From Actinomycetota bacterium (GTDB taxonomy: Bacteria; Actinomycetota; Acidimicrobiia; Acidimicrobiales; Ilumatobacteraceae): DNA of 61,984 bases. The notes below the pieces were generated by a model. The model saw nothing but the letters and a program-made list of their open reading frames with translations, ran no database searches and was not told where the DNA came from. The translations under genes were made by a program, and so were the position numbers. The stretch spans positions 1-61,984 of the forward strand of contig JBJTIO010000103.1 in assembly GCA_046095045.1 (NCBI GenBank), in the 5' to 3' direction. The first letter of the stretch is position 1. Each line of letters begins with the position of its first letter. Of this stretch, positions 54,862 to 61,984 are shown piece after piece.

Positions 54862-57015
54862 GTGAGCATCGAGACCGAACGCATTCATCGGCCGGGTCTC
54901 GACCTGAGCGGCGAGTGGCGGGTCACCATTGCGTCCGACGACACCCTGCGCACGAGCGTTGGTCTCGAGACCGACGATTCGGAATGGCCTGCCATCACTG
55001 TGCCCGGGCATTGGCAGTCGCACCCCGGATTCGCCACGAGCAACGGTCCCCTGCTGTATCGACGGGAATTCTCGTTGCCCGCACCCTCCGACGGCGAGCG
55101 ACGTTTCGTCGTGGTCGACGGAATCTTCTATCAGGGGGACGTGTGGCTCGACGGCGCGTATCTCGGTGACCCCGAGGGCTACTTCATTCCACACGCGTAC
55201 GACGTGACCGCCTTGTCGAAACTCGACGACGACCACGTGCTGGCGATCGGTGCCACATGTTCACCACAACGCGACAAACGGAACAAGCGCAACATCACCG
55301 GCGTGTTCCAGCACTGGGACTGCATCGATCCCGCGTTCAACCCCGGTGGCATCTGGCGCGGCGTGCGCATCGAATCCACCGGACCGGTGCGGATCGACGC
55401 ACTTCGGGTTCTCTGCCGCGACGCCAACGAGGGTCGGGCGAACCTGCGACTTCATGCTCGACTCGACTGCGATGTCGAACGACCCGTGAAGGTCTCCACT
55501 TTCGTCGACGGTGTTCTCACCGACGAACAGCAACGCACCGTGGCCGCGGGTTCGAACGACATCGAATGGGATGTCGACGTGCGGCGACCGGCCTTGTGGT
55601 GGCCGTGGTCGCTCGGTGATCAGAACCTCACCGATGTGCGCGTCGAGGTGTCGTGCGACGGTGTCACGAGCCATTCGGCCGATCGCCGCACCGGTTTGCG
55701 CGAGGTCGCCGTGCGCGACTGGGTGTACACGATCAATGGCGAGCGGATGTTCATCAAGGGCGCGAATCTCGCACCGACGCGCGCGATGCTCGGCGACGCG
55801 ACCGCCGCCGAGTTGCGACGTGACGTCGAACTGGCGCGCGACGCCGGACTCGATCTCATTCGGGTGCACGGACACATCTCGCGCCCCGAGTTGTACGACG
55901 CGGCCGACGAACTCGGCATGCTCGTGTGGCAGGACTTCCCGTTGCAATGGGGTTACGCCCGACAGATTCGTCGACAAGCGGTGCGTCAGGCGACCGAGGC
56001 GGTGAACCTGCTCGGACATCATCCGAGCATCGTCACGTGGTGCGGTCACAACGAACCCCTCGCTCTGTCGGTGGGCGACGGCGACTCTTTCGACCTGAAG
56101 AAACTGGCGATCCCCTTCATCGCCGGACATCAGTTGCCGTCGTGGAACAAGAGCGTGCTCGATCGTTGGCTGAAGCGAGCATTCGAGAAGGCCGACGTCA
56201 CTCGCCCCGTCGTGGCGCACAGCGGCATCCTTCCGCACCTGCCCACGCTGGAAGGCACCGACAGTCATCTCTACTTCGGCTGGTATCACGGCAACGAACG
56301 TGATCTACCGGGTTTCGCGGCCGCACTCCCCCGGTTGGTGCGATTCGTGAGCGAGTTCGGCGCCCAAGCCGTGCCGGAGTCGGCTGCGTTCATGGAGCCC
56401 GAACGTTGGCCCGATCTCGATTGGAGTCACCTCGCCGCCCACCACGGTCTGCAGAAGGCGATCTTCGACGAGCGCGTTCCACCGAATGCCTTCGAATCGT
56501 TCGACGAGTGGCGCATCGCGACACAGGTGCATCAGGCCGACTTGTTGCGATTCCACATCGAGACCTTGCGTCGTTTGAAGTATTCACCCACCGGCGGTTT
56601 CTGCATGTTCGCGCTCAATGATTCGATGCCGATGGTGTCGTGGAGCGTGCTCGATCACGAGCGGGTGCCCAAGATCGGATACACCGCGCTCGCCGAAGCA
56701 TGCCGACCCGTGATCGTGGTCGCCGATCGTCCGCCCGCCGAGATGCGACCCGGTGACCGACTGTCGATGAACGTCCACGTCGTCAGCGACCTTCGCCACG
56801 ATCTGCAGGACGCGGTTGTCACTGCGCGAGTCGAGAGCGAGCACGACGACAAGACGTGGAAGTGGGAAGGCGACATCGGCGCCGACGAGTGCTGTCGCGT
56901 CGGATCGATCGACGTCGTGGCTCCGTTCACTCCCGGCCGAATCACGATCGACCTGACGCTCGAGTGCGGCGACGTGGTGGCGACGAATCGCTACGTCACC
57001 CACATCACCGACTAG
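54862..57015 (+). CDS. glycoside hydrolase family 2 protein (beta-mannosidase/beta-galactosidase-like)
   Basis: 717 aa. N-terminal sugar-binding/Ig-like domains (WPAITVPGHW..., VVDGIFYQGDVWLDG) and TIM-barrel region (IRVHGH, WCGHNEP acid/base context, SEFGAQ nucleophile context). Confidence 0.85.
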   Translation: MSIETERIHRPGLDLSGEWRVTIASDDTLRTSVGLETDDSEWPAITVPGHWQSHPGFATSNGPLLYRREFSLPAPSDGERRFVVVDGIFYQGDVWLDGAYLGDPEGYFIPHAYDVTALSKLDDDHVLAIGATCSPQRDKRNKRNITGVFQHWDCIDPAFNPGGIWRGVRIESTGPVRIDALRVLCRDANEGRANLRLHARLDCDVERPVKVSTFVDGVLTDEQQRTVAAGSNDIEWDVDVRRPALWWPWSLGDQNLTDVRVEVSCDGVTSHSADRRTGLREVAVRDWVYTINGERMFIKGANLAPTRAMLGDATAAELRRDVELARDAGLDLIRVHGHISRPELYDAADELGMLVWQDFPLQWGYARQIRRQAVRQATEAVNLLGHHPSIVTWCGHNEPLALSVGDGDSFDLKKLAIPFIAGHQLPSWNKSVLDRWLKRAFEKADVTRPVVAHSGILPHLPTLEGTDSHLYFGWYHGNERDLPGFAAALPRLVRFVSEFGAQAVPESAAFMEPERWPDLDWSHLAAHHGLQKAIFDERVPPNAFESFDEWRIATQVHQADLLRFHIETLRRLKYSPTGGFCMFALNDSMPMVSWSVLDHERVPKIGYTALAEACRPVIVVADRPPAEMRPGDRLSMNVHVVSDLRHDLQDAVVTARVESEHDDKTWKWEGDIGADECCRVGSIDVVAPFTPGRITIDLTLECGDVVATNRYVTHITD

Positions 57016-57021
57016 TGGCGG

Positions 57022-57546
57022 TTAGGAGGCTGTGCGCTGCACCTCGGTGATCTTGCAGATCGCACCCGCCGGAAGTTCATTGGTGAACATTCCCTCCTCG
57101 GTCATCGTCTGACCGGAAGCAAGTTCGGTGATCATGATTGTCGTGTCGTCATACTTGGTTGCACCATCAGCAGATTCCGCAACAACCGTGATGAAGTAAG
57201 TCGACGTCTTCGAGGAATTATTGGTCACACTCACCGACGGGTAAGTAATTCCAATTGAATCCGGAGTTCCACAGTCCAGGGAGTTGATGTCAGCGGAAGC
57301 GTCTTTCGAGCCCAAACCAGTGCCAATGGAATTGTCGGTGCTTGATTCTCCAGAACCGGAAGATTTTGAAGAGCCAGAATCGCTAGAACCTTCCGAACCA
57401 CTCGAACCAAGAGCAGACCCGACAGCAATGGCAACCACAATGGCCAACAGCCACCATCGCTTCATCTTGTAAAAAGGTCGCAAGCCTTTGGCTCGTGCCT
57501 TCGCGGCTTTCGCCTCTGCTTTTGCTTCGCGTGCTGCATCCGACAT
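57022..57546 (-). CDS. membrane-anchored Ser/Gly-rich protein with small C-terminal beta-rich domain (FxLYD/DUF4352-like?), low-GC gene
   Basis: ATG 57546 preceded by AAGGAGG. Lys/Ala-rich N-terminus, one TM (WWLLAIVVAIAVGSAL), SSGSEGSSDSGSSKSSGSGESS linker, then ...SVTNNSSKTSTYFITVVAESADG... Codon usage is visibly AT-richer than the neighbours. Confidence 0.7.
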   Translation of the reverse strand: MSDAAREAKAEAKAAKARAKGLRPFYKMKRWWLLAIVVAIAVGSALGSSGSEGSSDSGSSKSSGSGESSTDNSIGTGLGSKDASADINSLDCGTPDSIGITYPSVSVTNNSSKTSTYFITVVAESADGATKYDDTTIMITELASGQTMTEEGMFTNELPAGAICKITEVQRTAS

Positions 57547-57645
57547 CGTGTCCTCCTTGACAGGAGAAATGTAACGAGACACAAAGGGTCAGTGGATTCG
57601 AGCCACACCGTTAATGAATACTGATTTGGAATCAACCGAACCCGG

Positions 57646-58422
57646 TTAATTGCGGCTGAGTTCCTTGCGGTTCTTGACCTTGGCCTTGCGGTAGTCCTTG
57701 TTCATCAAGGCGATCACGTCGATCGAGATCTCCTTGGGGCAGGCCGCCTCGCACTCACCATGGTTGGTGCACGATCCGAAGTACTCGTCCATCGTCTCGA
57801 CCATCGCCTCGACACGCTTGAACCGCTCGGCCTGACCTTGCGGCAACAGGTTGAGGTGATTGATCTTGGCCGCGGTGAACAAGTTGGCCGCACCGTTCGG
57901 GCAGGCCGCCACGCAGGCTCCGCATCCGATGCACTCGGCCGAGTCCATCGCCGCGTCGGACACGGGCTTCGGAATCGGGATGAGGTTCGCATCGGGAGCG
58001 CCACCCGTCGGAGCGGTGATGAAACCGCCCGACTCGATGATGCGATCGAACGCCGAGCGATCGACCATGAGGTCCTTGATGATCGGGAACGCCGAGGCGC
58101 GCCACGGCTCGATCACGATCTCGTCGTTGCTCTTGAACTTGCGCATGTGCAACTGGCAGGTGGCGGTGCGGCGCTCGGGACCGTGCGCCTGACCGTTGAT
58201 CATCAACGAACACGTGCCACAGATGCCCTCGCGGCAATCGTGGTCGAACACCACCGGCAACTTGTTGTTGGCGATGAGTCGCTCGTTGAGCACGTCGAGC
58301 ATCTCGAGGAACGAGGCCTCGTCGCTGATCTCGTCGATGACGTAATCCTCGAAGTGACCGGCCGACGTCGGCCCGTCCTGACGCCAGATCTTGAGTTTGA
58401 GGTTCTTGAGGTGGTTGCTCAC
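57646..58422 (-). CDS. sdhB: succinate dehydrogenase / fumarate reductase iron-sulfur subunit
   Basis: Cys clusters [36 protein letters not shown] 58422 overlaps the sdhA stop (GTGA). Confidence 0.93.
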   Translation of the reverse strand: MSNHLKNLKLKIWRQDGPTSAGHFEDYVIDEISDEASFLEMLDVLNERLIANNKLPVVFDHDCREGICGTCSLMINGQAHGPERRTATCQLHMRKFKSNDEIVIEPWRASAFPIIKDLMVDRSAFDRIIESGGFITAPTGGAPDANLIPIPKPVSDAAMDSAECIGCGACVAACPNGAANLFTAAKINHLNLLPQGQAERFKRVEAMVETMDEYFGSCTNHGECEAACPKEISIDVIALMNKDYRKAKVKNRKELSRN

Positions 58423-60341
58423 TTGTAGCTCCGTGTCGCGAGATGAACGGCTTCGAACTTGAGTTCCTCGGTGTGTCGGACCGAGGCGGTGGGGTCTCCG
58501 GTCCATTCCCAGGCGGCAACATGCGCGAACTTGTCGTCGTCGCGCAACGCTTCGCCTTCGTCGGTCTGGTACTCGGCGCGGAAGTGACCGCCGCACGACT
58601 CCTGACGCTCGAGAGCGTCTCGACACATCAACATGCCGAGCTGGAAGAAGTCGTCGACGCGACCGGCCTTCTCGAGCGTCTGGTTCAGGCTGTTGCCATC
58701 GCCGGTGACGCGCAGGTCCTTCTGGAACTCCTCGTACAACGCGGGCAGTTCCGAGAGCGCCTTCTCGAGACCCTGTTGCGTGCGTTCCATGCCGCAGTAG
58801 TCCCAGATGATGCGTCCGACCTCGCGATGGAAGAAGTCGGGCGAACGCGTGCCCTTGATGTCGAGGTAACCCTGATAGCGCTGACGCGCGGCCTGCTCGG
58901 CCTCCTTGAACGCCGGATGATCGGTGCCCGGGATCGGCTTGTTCAACATCGGCGCCAGGTAGTTGCCGATCGTGTACGGCAACACGAAGTAGCCGTCCGC
59001 CAGACCCTGCATGAGAGCCGAGGCACCGAGACGGTTCGCACCGTGATCGGAGAAGTTGGCCTCGCCCGCCGCGTACAAACCGGGGATCGACGTCATCAAC
59101 TCGTAGTCAACCCACAGGCCGCCCATCGTGTAGTGCGATGCCGGGTAGATGCGCATCGGCATGTCGTACGGGTTCTCGCCGGCGATGCGCTCGTACATCT
59201 CGAAGAGGTTTCCGTAACGCTCCTCGACGACGTTGCGGCCGAGACGATTGATCGCGTCGCTGAAATCGAGATACACGCCGTTCTTCAGCGGACCCACACC
59301 ACGGCCGGAGTCGACCGCTCGCTTGGCGGCTCGCGACGAGATATCACGCGGCGCGAGGTTGCCGTAGCTCGGATACAGACGTTCGAGGATGTAGTCGCGC
59401 TCCTCCTCGGGGATCTGCGCCGCCGCACGATTGTCGTCGGGATTCTTCGGCACCCAAACGCGACCGTCGTTACGCAACGACTCCGACATCAAGGTGAGCT
59501 TCGACTGCGTCGGATCGCTCTGCGGAATGCAGGTCGGGTGGATCTGCGTGTAGCAGGGGTTCGCGAACAACGCGCCCTTGCGGTGCGCGCGCCACGCGGC
59601 GGTGACGTTGCAGGCCATGGCGTTGGTCGACAGGAAGAACACGTTGCCGTAACCACCGGTGGCCATCACGACCGCGTGCGCCGCGTGCGACACCACTTCG
59701 CCGGTCATGAGATCGCGCGTGACGATGCCGGCGCAACGACCATCGACGGTGACGACATCGACCAACTCGGTGCGATTGAAGAGTCGCACGTTGCCGAGGC
59801 CGATCTGACGGGCCAATTGCTGGTACGCGCCGAGCAACAACTGCTGGCCGGTCTGGCCACGCGCGTAAAAGGTGCGGCTCACCTGAGCGCCACCGAACGA
59901 ACGGTTGTCGAGCAATCCACCGTACTCGCGCGCGAACGGCACGCCCTGAGCAACCATTTGGTCGATGATGTTCACCGACACCTCGGCGAGGCGATACACG
60001 TTGCCCTCGCGAGCGCGGAAGTCACCACCCTTGATGGTGTCGTAGAACAAACGGTGCACGCTGTCACCATCGCCCTGGTAGTTCTTGGCCGCGTTGATGC
60101 CACCTTGAGCGGCGATCGAGTGCGCGCGACGCGGCGAATCGTGGAACGTGAACGCGTCGACCTGATAGCCGAGTTCGGCGAGTGTGGCCGCGGCCGAGGC
60201 ACCGGCGAGACCGGTTCCGACCACGATCACCTTGAACTTGCGCTTGTTACCCGGTGCGACGAGTTTGACGTCGGACTTGTAGTTGCTCCACGCATCGGCG
60301 ACGGGGCCGGTGGGGATCTTGGAATCGAGAGTGATCGACAT
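58419..60341 (-). CDS. sdhA: succinate dehydrogenase / fumarate reductase flavoprotein subunit
   Basis: FAD motif [21 protein letters not shown] (covalent-FAD His context), HYTMGG. ATG 60341 preceded by CAGGAG. Confidence 0.95.
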   Translation of the reverse strand: MSITLDSKIPTGPVADAWSNYKSDVKLVAPGNKRKFKVIVVGTGLAGASAAATLAELGYQVDAFTFHDSPRRAHSIAAQGGINAAKNYQGDGDSVHRLFYDTIKGGDFRAREGNVYRLAEVSVNIIDQMVAQGVPFAREYGGLLDNRSFGGAQVSRTFYARGQTGQQLLLGAYQQLARQIGLGNVRLFNRTELVDVVTVDGRCAGIVTRDLMTGEVVSHAAHAVVMATGGYGNVFFLSTNAMACNVTAAWRAHRKGALFANPCYTQIHPTCIPQSDPTQSKLTLMSESLRNDGRVWVPKNPDDNRAAAQIPEEERDYILERLYPSYGNLAPRDISSRAAKRAVDSGRGVGPLKNGVYLDFSDAINRLGRNVVEERYGNLFEMYERIAGENPYDMPMRIYPASHYTMGGLWVDYELMTSIPGLYAAGEANFSDHGANRLGASALMQGLADGYFVLPYTIGNYLAPMLNKPIPGTDHPAFKEAEQAARQRYQGYLDIKGTRSPDFFHREVGRIIWDYCGMERTQQGLEKALSELPALYEEFQKDLRVTGDGNSLNQTLEKAGRVDDFFQLGMLMCRDALERQESCGGHFRAEYQTDEGEALRDDDKFAHVAAWEWTGDPTASVRHTEELKFEAVHLATRSYK

Positions 60342-60363
60342 TTTTGTCTCCTGATGATCCGGG

Positions 60364-61140
60364 TCAGCCGACGATTCCGGCGAGAACAGCGATGGGGAAC
60401 GACACGTTGCCGACGACAACGATCGTGGCGATGCCAGTCGACAATCCGTTGCGCCACTTGTTGAACTTGGGATTGTTCCAACCGAGCGACTGGAAGAGGC
60501 TCCACACACCGTGGAAGAGGTGGATGCCGAGCATGATGTTGGCGAGCACGTAGAAGATCGCGACCGGCAAACGGTCGAGGCTGAACGCCACCGCGCCGTA
60601 GACGTCCTTCAATCTTTCGGAACCCTCACCGGTCATCTTTCCGGTCTGCGAGTTCACCACACCGAAGGTGAGGTCGAGCAGGTGCCACACGATGAAGAGC
60701 AACACCACGATGCCGGTGAGACGCATCGAGCGACTGGCGAAGCTCGCCACCTGGTAATCACGCTCGCTCTGGTACTTCACGGGGCGCGCGTGTCGGTTGA
60801 GGATCGTGAGCGAATACGCCGCGTGAAGGTGCAGCAACACCATGCCGATCAGCCCGGCGCGCAGGATCCAGAGCATTACCTTCTCGGGAAGGATCGGGTA
60901 GAGCAGTCGCTCGAGGAAGTGGGCGTAGTGATTCAGGTCGGATGCACCCATGTACATCTTCAGGTTGCCGATCATGTGGAACACGACGAAGCCCATGAGT
61001 CCGATGCCCGTGATGGCCATGGCGTACTTCTTGCCCACGGCCGTGCTGTACAGGTCGAGGAGGAAGGGTTTGCGTTTGCGCGCTGACCGCGCCACGGCGG
61101 TTCCGGTGACCGGACCCCGCTTGGAGACTGTTTGCGCCAT
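60364..61140 (-). CDS. sdhC: succinate dehydrogenase cytochrome b subunit (single large five-TM, b558-type)
   Basis: 258-aa polytopic protein with conserved His-containing helices ([32 protein letters not shown]); first gene of sdhCAB. Confidence 0.88.
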   Translation of the reverse strand: MAQTVSKRGPVTGTAVARSARKRKPFLLDLYSTAVGKKYAMAITGIGLMGFVVFHMIGNLKMYMGASDLNHYAHFLERLLYPILPEKVMLWILRAGLIGMVLLHLHAAYSLTILNRHARPVKYQSERDYQVASFASRSMRLTGIVVLLFIVWHLLDLTFGVVNSQTGKMTGEGSERLKDVYGAVAFSLDRLPVAIFYVLANIMLGIHLFHGVWSLFQSLGWNNPKFNKWRNGLSTGIATIVVVGNVSFPIAVLAGIVG

Positions 61141-61436
61141 GACCTGCGCCTTTCGCGAACGGCCCCTCGGGCCACCAGCGGCTCACCACCCGGTGAACCC
61201 GCCGAAACGCTACTCCCCGTGCGCTCGCGACCCCGAAATCGACCCCCGGATTGGAGCCGCCGGAGCCAACAGTCACAACCACCCGTGGTCACCCACTTTC
61301 GTCACCTGTGATCGCCCGAGCAGACTCAAAGGGTCCCTGCCATCTCGCCCGAACGGGGTCGGAGTCTCTAATATCCATTCGCCCCTGGCAGGGCGGTCAT
61401 CCGGGCCGTCCCGAAATCATCTCGAGGAGAGATCTG
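61141..61436. promoter_or_regulatory. divergent promoter / leader region of sdhCAB and hppA
   Basis: Longest non-coding stretch of the window (296 nt). Contains three GTCAC copies (61272, 61288, 61301), the palindrome TCAC-CT-GTGA (61302..61311) and a short GGCCC-CTC-GGGCC stem near the sdhC start. Confidence 0.5.
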
Positions 61437-61984
61437 GTGTTTTCACTTATTGCCGCAGAAGGCGGTTGGCAGTCGTTCACGTTGAAGGGTGGTGAATGGG
61501 CCGTTCTGTGGTTGTCCGCAGCCGCTGCCCTCCTCGCCCTCGGTGTGGGCTTCTTCCTCGTCAAGAAGGTCATGGCCGAGAGCGAAGGCTCACCGAAGAT
61601 GATCGAGATCGCCACGGCGATCCAAGAGGGCGCCTGGGCCTACCTCAAGCGCCAGTTCAAGACCATCGGGCTGATCCTGATCCCACTGATCGTCATCGTG
61701 TTCGTGACCTCGACCGAGATTCTGAAGCCGTCGGGTGACTCGGCGCTCTCCTTCGCGCAAGCGGGCATCTTCCGAACGATCGCGTTCGTTCTTGGTTGCC
61801 TCGCGTCGGGACTCACCGGCTACATCGGCATGACCTTGGCGACCCGCGGCAACGTGCGCACCGCCGCGGCCGCGCTGAGCAACAGCATGCCGCGCGCACT
61901 CACGGTCGCTTTCCGCACCGGCGGAGTGGCCGGCATGTTCACCGTCGGCCTCGGTCTGCTCGGCGCCACCGCGATCATCATGGT
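61437..61984 (+). CDS. hppA: membrane-bound proton-translocating pyrophosphatase, N-terminal part (3' end outside window)
   Basis: GTG 61437 preceded by GAGGAGAG. The open frame to the window end reads ...KMIEIATAIQEGAWAYLKRQFKTIG...GYIGMTLATRGNVRTAAAA..., typical of H+-PPase. Not in the ORF track because no stop is reached. Confidence 0.88.
   Translation, partial: MFSLIAAEGGWQSFTLKGGEWAVLWLSAAAALLALGVGFFLVKKVMAESEGSPKMIEIATAIQEGAWAYLKRQFKTIGLILIPLIVIVFVTSTEILKPSGDSALSFAQAGIFRTIAFVLGCLASGLTGYIGMTLATRGNVRTAAAALSNSMPRALTVAFRTGGVAGMFTVGLGLLGATAIIM

Noticed and set aside
58443-60464. 673-aa ORF on the plus strand
   Set aside because: Antisense shadow of sdhA; no recognisable domain. The sdhA frame carries FAD and active-site motifs.
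61272-61311. CRP/GlxR-type site upstream of sdhCAB (three GTCAC copies; TCAC-CT-GTGA)
   Set aside because: It does not fit TGTGA-N6-TCACA, because the inverted half-sites are separated by 2 nt rather than 6 and the other copies are direct repeats. Kept only as a note within the promoter-region feature.

Overview
High-GC (by eye about two-thirds G+C), extremely gene-dense chromosomal segment. I call about 63 protein-coding genes. I found no rRNA, tRNA, CRISPR array, transposase or integrase. Gene content looks actinobacterial: F420-type LLM oxidoreductases, IpdAB-type CoA-transferase, single-cytochrome-b sdhCAB and hppA. The flanks are housekeeping: S9 peptidase, hrpB, class I fumarase, ABC-F ATPase and mscL on the left; GH2 hydrolase, sdhCAB and hppA on the right. 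The core (about 13-53 kb) is a large lipid/steroid-like catabolic supercluster. It contains (i) an echA20-ipdA-ipdB-ipdC-type block, (ii) a fadD19/echA19/mcr-type block, (iii) a translationally coupled DUF35-DUF35-Ltp-Ltp operon, (iv) a cytochrome P450, an alpha-only Rieske oxygenase and a cytoplasmic molybdopterin oxidoreductase, (v) many SDRs and crotonases, and (vi) a Liv-type ABC importer with two paralogous binding proteins. The most interesting items are: the Cys-less Ltp/DUF35 four-gene operon; an intact SDR coupled to an N-terminally truncated SDR lacking catalytic residues plus an NTF2-like protein; the Liv-type importer sitting where Mce4 would be expected; two small low-GC islets (a decayed nucleotidyltransferase-fold two-gene module, and a Ser/Gly-rich membrane protein right behind sdhB); the absence of any transcription factor or acyl-CoA dehydrogenase in 62 kb; and convergent genes that abut or share CTAG stop codons with no hairpin terminators. 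All family assignments come from by-eye motif recognition and synteny. No database search or computation was run. Many start codons are reassigned relative to the longest-ORF track and remain uncertain.
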